Assembly: GCA_964538915.1 (NCBI GenBank)
Contig: CAZIFB010000023.1
Location: forward strand, 3,294-67,293
Source of the DNA: an uncultured candidatus Brocadiaceae bacterium
GTDB taxonomy: Bacteria > Planctomycetota > UBA1135 > UBA2386
Reading direction: 5' to 3'
Length of the DNA stretch: 64,000 bases
Part shown: piece by piece, positions 58,730-64,000 of the stretch
Position numbering within the stretch: position 1 is the stretch's first letter
Layout of the letters: each line of letters begins with the position of its first letter
The notes under the pieces: model-generated
Seen by the model: only the letters and a program-made list of their open reading frames with translations
What the model was told of the DNA's origin: nothing
The model's database searches: none
Translations under genes and position numbers: made by a program

Positions 58730-59041
58730 TCAGCCGGCGCGCACCGACCACCACACGAGCAACCACGTCGGGTTGAGCACGGACCACAGCACGGCCCACC
58801 GCCGGAACGGCTGCTTCACGGTCTTGTGGCGGAACCACGACATCGCGAGCCACGCGCCCAGGAGGCCGCCGAGCCCGATGCACCACAACAGCGTCCGCTC
58901 CGGCACGCGCCGGCCTTCACCGCGACTGCGCCACTTGTCGAAGCCGTAGAGCAGCAGCGTCACGACGTTGCCGACGATCCACAGCGACCAGAGCAGTTGC
59001 AGCATCGCCGCGATGATGCACGCGCCGTTCGCGGGTGACAA
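58730..59041 (-). CDS. DUF1294 small membrane protein
   Basis: YGFDKWRSRGEGRRVPERTLLWCIGLGGLLGAWLAMSWFRHKTVKQPF matches the DUF1294 pattern. The true start may be the internal Met (~59005). Confidence 0.7.
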   Translation of the reverse strand: MSPANGACIIAAMLQLLWSLWIVGNVVTLLLYGFDKWRSRGEGRRVPERTLLWCIGLGGLLGAWLAMSWFRHKTVKQPFRRWAVLWSVLNPTWLLVWWSVRAG

Positions 59042-59068
59042 CGCAGCGCACTAGACTCCGCGCTCCCC

Positions 59069-60277
59069 ATGCAGGTCACCGCGCAAGACGTCGCCAGCGC
59101 CTTCCTCGCGATCCAGAATCACGTGCAGCGGACACCGACGGTCGCGGCGCCGCGACTCGGGGAGATGCTGGGATGTCGGCTGTTCCTGAAGCTCGAGAAC
59201 CTGCAGTTCACCGGCTCGTTCAAGGACCGCGGGAGTTGCCTCAAGCTCCAGCGACTCGCGCAGGCGAACGATCCGCCGGCAGGCGTGGTCGCCGCGTCGG
59301 CCGGCAACCACGCCCAGGGCGTCGCGTACCACGCGCGCCGGCTCGGCCTTCCCGCGGCGATCGTGATGCCGCAGACGACGCCGTTCTCGAAGGTCGAGCG
59401 CACGGAGGCTCTCGGCGCCGAAGTGCTGCTGCGCGGCGAGTCGGTGGCCGAGTCGACGACGTACGCCCAGGAACTCGCGCGGCAGCGCAACTTCGCGTTC
59501 GTGCACCCGTACGACGATCCGGTCGTCGTCGCGGGCCAGGGCACGGTCGCGCTCGAGATGCTCGAGGACCGCCCCGAGATCGACACGCTCGTCGTGCCGA
59601 TCGGCGGCGGCGGCCTCTGCAGCGGGATGGCGATCTGGGGCAAGCACGTGAAGCCGGCGATGCGCGTCTACGGCGTGCAGACCGAGATGTGCCCGTCGAT
59701 GCGAGCGGCGATCCGCGGCGAACCGATGCCCGCGTTGCGAACGCACACGCTGGCGGACGGCATCGCGGTGAAGACGCCCGGCGTGGTGACGCAGGAGATC
59801 CTGAAGGCGCTCGTCGACGACGTCCTGCTCGTCGACGAGGTCGACATCGAGACCGCGGTGCAGACCCTGATCGCGCAGCAGAAGGTCGTCGCGGAGGGCG
59901 CCGGTGCGGCGGGTTTCGCGGCGCTGCAGAAGCACGCCGGGTTCTTCCGCGATCGCACCGTCGGCGTCGTGATCTGCGGCGGCAACATCGATCGGCGCAT
60001 GCTGTCGACGGTGCTGCTGCGCGGGCTGAAGCGCGACGGCAAGGTCGCGAAGCTGCGCATATCCATCCACGACGTTCCGGGCGTGCTCGCCCGCGTGACG
60101 CAGATGATCGGTGCCGCGGGCGCCGACATCATCGACATCGAGCACCAGCGGCTGTTCAACAACCTGGCACCGCGCCAGGCCGAACTGGACGTCGTGATGG
60201 AGACGCGCGGCAAGGCGCACGTCGACCAGATCCTTCTGACCCTCGAAGCGGCGGGCTTCCCGGCGCACGCGCTCTAG
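59069..60277 (+). CDS. ilvA: threonine ammonia-lyase (PLP-dependent, short form with one ACT-like domain)
   Basis: Motifs ENLQFTGSFKDRG (PLP Lys), ASAGNHAQGVA, VPIGGGGL. C-terminal regulatory ACT-like segment KLRISIHDVPGVLARV. Confidence 0.9.
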   Translation: MQVTAQDVASAFLAIQNHVQRTPTVAAPRLGEMLGCRLFLKLENLQFTGSFKDRGSCLKLQRLAQANDPPAGVVAASAGNHAQGVAYHARRLGLPAAIVMPQTTPFSKVERTEALGAEVLLRGESVAESTTYAQELARQRNFAFVHPYDDPVVVAGQGTVALEMLEDRPEIDTLVVPIGGGGLCSGMAIWGKHVKPAMRVYGVQTEMCPSMRAAIRGEPMPALRTHTLADGIAVKTPGVVTQEILKALVDDVLLVDEVDIETAVQTLIAQQKVVAEGAGAAGFAALQKHAGFFRDRTVGVVICGGNIDRRMLSTVLLRGLKRDGKVAKLRISIHDVPGVLARVTQMIGAAGADIIDIEHQRLFNNLAPRQAELDVVMETRGKAHVDQILLTLEAAGFPAHAL

Positions 60278-60300
60278 GCGCTGCCGTCGCGATCCGTACG

Positions 60301-62211
60301 GTGAGGATCCATCCGACAAGACCCGTTCTCGAGTCCACGACCGCTACTCACCGGGCGAACGAACACGCCGAAAGCCTGCCGAACGCGGTGCGCAAGGAGC
60401 AGGGCGCGTGGTTCACGCCGACGGCGCTCGCGATGCCGACCGCGGCCCGCGCCCTGGAGCCGCTGCTCGCAAAAGGCGAACCGGCGCGCCTGCGCATCGT
60501 CGATCCCGCGGTCGGCGGCGGCGTATTCCTCGTCGCGGCACTGCGAACGTTGGTCGCGGCCGGCCTGAGACCGCGGGCCGCCGCGAAGTGCGTCCTCGGC
60601 ATCGACTGCGACGCGAAGGCGGCTGCGCTGGCGGCGAGTGCGGTGCACGAAGCGTGCGGCGACGGTGTCGCCCTGACCGACGTAGCGACGCGAGTCCGCG
60701 CCGGCGATGGCCTGCTGGAGCTGGAGCCCGCGACGTTCGATGCGGTGCTGACGAACCCGCCGTGGGAGACGCTGCAGGCCGGGCCGCACGCGAAGGCGCG
60801 CGTCGAGAGGCTCCGTCCGCTCTTCCGCCACCAGGGCCGCGGCAAGCTGTTCACATACCGCCTGTTCGTGGAGCGCGCGCTGCAGCTGCTGCGGCCGGGC
60901 GGCCGCTTCGGCCTGATCGTGCCGGCGAGCCTGTGGTTCGACCGCGATGCCGAACCGCTGCGCCGCCTCCTTCTCGACGAGTGCGAGTGGGAATGGTTGT
61001 TCGGATTCGAGAACCGCGAGCGCGTCTTCGCGATCGACAGTCGCTACCGCTTCGGTGTGATCGTCGGGACGAAGGGCGGTCGCACGGACGCAGTGAAGGT
61101 CGCATTCGCACGAACGGCCGTCGCCGACTGGGCACACTCCGATCCGCGAAGCGCGACGTACGCCCGCGACGAGCTGCGCGCGCTGAGTCCGACCTCGGGG
61201 GCATTCGTCGAAATCGAGGACCGTCGCGATCTCGACCTGCTCCGCCGCATGCAGGGCACCGGCACCCCGCTCGTCGGCAACGGCGCCGCGTTCTCGTGGC
61301 GACAGGGCGACTTCAACATGACCGCCGATCGCGCGAACTTCGTCGAACGCGAACACGCCATCGCGCGCGGCTACCGGCCGGGCGCCGACGGCGCGTGGAG
61401 CAACGGCCGCGACCACGCCCTGCTGCCGCTGCTGCAAGGCGCGATGATCGGCGATCTGCACCCGAACGCGGCGGTGCACGCGCGGGGCACCGGACACGCG
61501 ACGACGTGGCGGACGGCGACCCCGGCCGACGGCGTGGTACCGGCGTACTTCGTGCCGGCGGAGCCCTGGCGCGCGACCGCGGCGTCGCGCCCCCGGGCGC
61601 GCATCGTGCTGCGCGCCCTCTCGAACGCGACGAACGAGCGCTCGGCGATCGTGTGCCTCGTGCCCGACCGCCCCTGCGGCAACTCGCTCGGAGTGCTGAC
61701 TCCGCGCGCCGGCGGCGGCCCTCCGCTCCGCGCCATGGCGGCGGCCGCTGCGGCGCTGTCGTCGCTCGCGTTCGATCACGCGCTGCGGCTCCGCCTCGTC
61801 GGCACGAACCTCAACCACTTCGTCCTCGCGGACTGCGTGCTGCCCCGCCTCGACGAAACGGACGCCGTCGACCTCGCCCGCGCCGCGCTCCGGCTGTGCG
61901 CAATCCTCCCCGACGGCGACACACTGTGGCGCGAGGCGACGGCCGAGGGATGGCTGCCGGACGAAGGACCTGCGACGCGACCGGAAGTCCGCCGCGATCT
62001 GGCGACGCGCATCGACCTGATCGCCGGGCGCGCGTTCGGCCTCGACGCCGACGACATCGCGTGGATCGTGCGAGGCTGCGATCGGCCGGCGACCGAGAGC
62101 CGAGGCGCAGCGGCATCGCGGGCGCACGGCCGGGGTTTCTGGCGTGTCGACCGCACGCTGCCCCCGCACGAACGGCGCCCGATGCGCTGGCTCGCCGCCG
62201 CGAGGCGCTGA
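60301..62211 (+). CDS. solitary Eco57I-like (gamma-class) N6-adenine DNA methyltransferase with unassigned C-terminal half
   Basis: C-terminal 636 aa of track ORF 59035..62211, with GTG 60301 as start. QGAWFTPTALA, motif I IVDPAVGGGVFL (VDPAVGGGVF = 60499-60528), motif IV TNPPW (60751-60765), GGRFGLIVPASL. Confidence 0.8.
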   Translation: MRIHPTRPVLESTTATHRANEHAESLPNAVRKEQGAWFTPTALAMPTAARALEPLLAKGEPARLRIVDPAVGGGVFLVAALRTLVAAGLRPRAAAKCVLGIDCDAKAAALAASAVHEACGDGVALTDVATRVRAGDGLLELEPATFDAVLTNPPWETLQAGPHAKARVERLRPLFRHQGRGKLFTYRLFVERALQLLRPGGRFGLIVPASLWFDRDAEPLRRLLLDECEWEWLFGFENRERVFAIDSRYRFGVIVGTKGGRTDAVKVAFARTAVADWAHSDPRSATYARDELRALSPTSGAFVEIEDRRDLDLLRRMQGTGTPLVGNGAAFSWRQGDFNMTADRANFVEREHAIARGYRPGADGAWSNGRDHALLPLLQGAMIGDLHPNAAVHARGTGHATTWRTATPADGVVPAYFVPAEPWRATAASRPRARIVLRALSNATNERSAIVCLVPDRPCGNSLGVLTPRAGGGPPLRAMAAAAAALSSLAFDHALRLRLVGTNLNHFVLADCVLPRLDETDAVDLARAALRLCAILPDGDTLWREATAEGWLPDEGPATRPEVRRDLATRIDLIAGRAFGLDADDIAWIVRGCDRPATESRGAAASRAHGRGFWRVDRTLPPHERRPMRWLAAARR

Positions 62212-62235
62212 TCAGCCGGCGTCGCGATCCTGCGC

Positions 62236-64000
62236 CTACTTCTTCGCTTCGCGGTCGCGCGCTTCGAGCTCGGCGGTGACGTCGACGTCCCACTCGACCG
62301 TTTCGCCGTCGACGATCGTACGCGTGATCCGGATCTCCGGCTTGCCGGGTTCCGCGAGGATCGCGGTGTAGGTGTCCGGCGGCACGCTGCCGAACTCGTA
62401 CCAGCCCGAATCGGCGACCTCGTCCCGGTTCATCAGGCGGCGCATCACGGACAGAGTCGACACTCGGCTCACGACCGCCTTGCCCTGGCCGTCCAGCAGC
62501 GAGATCTGCGCGAACGGGATGCGCTTCTTGTCGACGTTCGTCGCGCGCACCCGCAGCGTCGCACCGCGAACCATGCGCAGTGTCACCTCGGTCGATCCGT
62601 CCTCGGCGACCTTCACGTCGTTCGCCTTGCCGGCTTCGAGCGCTTCGCTCTCGACGCGAAGGTCGTACACGCCGGGCGTGAGGCCCTTGATCTCGAAGCG
62701 GCCGTCCTCGCCGCTGCGGATCGGGCTCGGTTGCGCGGCGATGAGGTCGAGCATCGGGTTGCCCTTCGCCTTCGCCTTCCTGGCGCTCGTTTCGACGTAC
62801 GCGATCTCCGCGCCGCGAACAGGGTTGCCGGAGCCGTCGACGACGATGCCCGTGATGCGGCCGGCCATCGGCACCGTCACCACGAGTCCCTCGACGTTCG
62901 TCACTCCGTCGACCACGACGTTCTCGACCGACGCCTCGCCGTGCACGTCGGCGTCGCCGTCGCCGCCGCCGCCGCGACGCCCGCGGCCCAGCCGGCTGCC
63001 GGCGGTCACGCGGTAGGTGCCGGGTGCTATGGAGCGCAGGGTGAACTCGCCCTCGGCGTTGGTTCGCGCCTGCGCGAGCCCGTTCTGCGCGATCAGGCCG
63101 ATGAGCCCCTCCGCGGCGCCGAGCGAACCCTGATCGCTGCCGAGCGTCACCTGCGTGCCCGAGACCGGGTTGCCGCGCGTGTCGATCACCCGTCCACGGA
63201 TGGAACTCGTCGGCAGCGACACGTCGAACTGGAAGTCGCGGATGTCCTCCGGGATCTCGACCTCGAACGTCGTCTGCACGGGCTGCCCCTGGAAGCGCGT
63301 GACCTGCATCACGTAGTCGCCGGGCTTGATGCCGGGCAGTTCGTAGCGGCCGTCCATGCCGGCGGCGTTCGCGCGGATGCCCATGCCGAGCAGGCCGTCG
63401 CGATCCGTGCCGAGCAGCGTGACGAGCGCACGCGGCACGGGCGCCGTGCCTTCTCGGACCACGCCGTACACACGCACACCGTTCTCGCTGTCGTCGTGCA
63501 CGTCGAGCCGCACGATCTGGCCCTGCTTCACCCCGATCGACTTGAGCCGCATGTTGCTCATCAGCTCGAGTCCGATGTTGTCGGCTCGCTCGTCCATGCG
63601 CGACTTGAAGACGACGTAACGACCCGAGGGCAATCCGTCGATGCGGTAGTAGCCCGCCTTGTCCGTCGTCGTGCTGCGCATCGTCCCGGCCTGCAGGCTC
63701 ACCGCGACCATCAGGGCGTCCGCGAGCGGTCGCTGGCCCAGCCCCGTCACGTTGCCTTCGATGCCGCCGCCGTCGTCGAGGCGGATTTCGATGTCGGGCG
63801 TGGGCACACCGGCCTTCACCTCGACGTCCTTCGCGGACGACTTCGCCTTGTCCGGATGCCGCGCGGTGAAGCGGTACTTACCTGGGCTGAGGGCGGCGAT
63901 GTGGAAGGCGCCCTTGCTGTCGCTGATCGCGCTGCGCTGATTCGTCGCAGACGACAGTGCGAGGAAGTCGAAGTCCTCCGGATCGATGCTGAAGAGTCCG
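62236..64000 (-). CDS. carboxypeptidase-regulatory-like (CarboxypepD_reg) domain repeat protein, 5' end beyond window
   Basis: Track ORF 62236..63819. The frame stays open to base 64000 (..SDSKGAFHIAALSPGKYRFTARHPDKAKSS..). Repeated units follow the pattern G.V.D..G.P...A.V......TD..G.Y.I.GL.PG.Y. Confidence 0.8.
   Translation of the reverse strand, partial: GLFSIDPEDFDFLALSSATNQRSAISDSKGAFHIAALSPGKYRFTARHPDKAKSSAKDVEVKAGVPTPDIEIRLDDGGGIEGNVTGLGQRPLADALMVAVSLQAGTMRSTTTDKAGYYRIDGLPSGRYVVFKSRMDERADNIGLELMSNMRLKSIGVKQGQIVRLDVHDDSENGVRVYGVVREGTAPVPRALVTLLGTDRDGLLGMGIRANAAGMDGRYELPGIKPGDYVMQVTRFQGQPVQTTFEVEIPEDIRDFQFDVSLPTSSIRGRVIDTRGNPVSGTQVTLGSDQGSLGAAEGLIGLIAQNGLAQARTNAEGEFTLRSIAPGTYRVTAGSRLGRGRRGGGGDGDADVHGEASVENVVVDGVTNVEGLVVTVPMAGRITGIVVDGSGNPVRGAEIAYVETSARKAKAKGNPMLDLIAAQPSPIRSGEDGRFEIKGLTPGVYDLRVESEALEAGKANDVKVAEDGSTEVTLRMVRGATLRVRATNVDKKRIPFAQISLLDGQGKAVVSRVSTLSVMRRLMNRDEVADSGWYEFGSVPPDTYTAILAEPGKPEIRITRTIVDGETVEWDVDVTAELEARDREAKK

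Noticed and set aside
60301-62211. Calling a complete restriction-modification or BREX-like defence system around the methyltransferase
   Set aside because: No nuclease, specificity, helicase, phosphatase or protease partner is present on either side. The neighbours are ilvA and a CarboxypepD_reg repeat protein.

Overview
64-kb, very GC-rich (about 70% by eye, not computed) chromosomal segment, densely coding. I can support 44 protein-coding genes and one tRNA-Arg(UCG). I found no rRNA, CRISPR array, transposase or integrase. Because of the GC content, most long ORFs in the six-frame track are antisense or out-of-frame artefacts (Arg/Pro/Ala-rich). I picked real genes by family motifs, signal peptides and 13 ATGA/GTGA stop-start overlaps, and moved many starts inward. 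The gene content suggests a Planctomycetota/PVC-like organism (inference): a PVC-type CxxCH heme-binding protein, DUF1552, FG-GAP and DUF4388/TPR proteins, and many secreted proteins. Main points: (1) a Pls/PosA-type (epsilon-poly-lysine-synthetase-like) NRPS is missing from the ORF track because it runs off the left edge. It carries an extra C-terminal DUF418-like membrane domain and sits 13 nt downstream of a SET-domain methyltransferase. (2) An aryl-polyene (APE/xanthomonadin-like) type II PKS cluster is split into two loci (about 17.97-22.3 kb and 34.9-49.65 kb) by 12.5 kb of unrelated genes. It carries two flavin-halogenase-like genes and an O-methyltransferase. (3) A tightly overlapped four-gene operon encodes a GalK-like kinase with an altered sugar-binding signature, an MDR dehydrogenase, an 806-aa protein with a very divergent adenosylhomocysteinase-like half, and a GH78 rhamnosidase lipoprotein. 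(4) Three secreted proteins share an unassigned C-terminal module of about 85 aa. (5) A tRNA-Arg has its 3' end tandemly duplicated in 107-bp units. Also present: glyoxylate-shunt genes aceB-aceA, a secreted peptidase/amidohydrolase operon, a solitary Eco57I-like N6-adenine methyltransferase and ilvA. All family calls are by-eye motif recognition and need HMM/BLAST confirmation.
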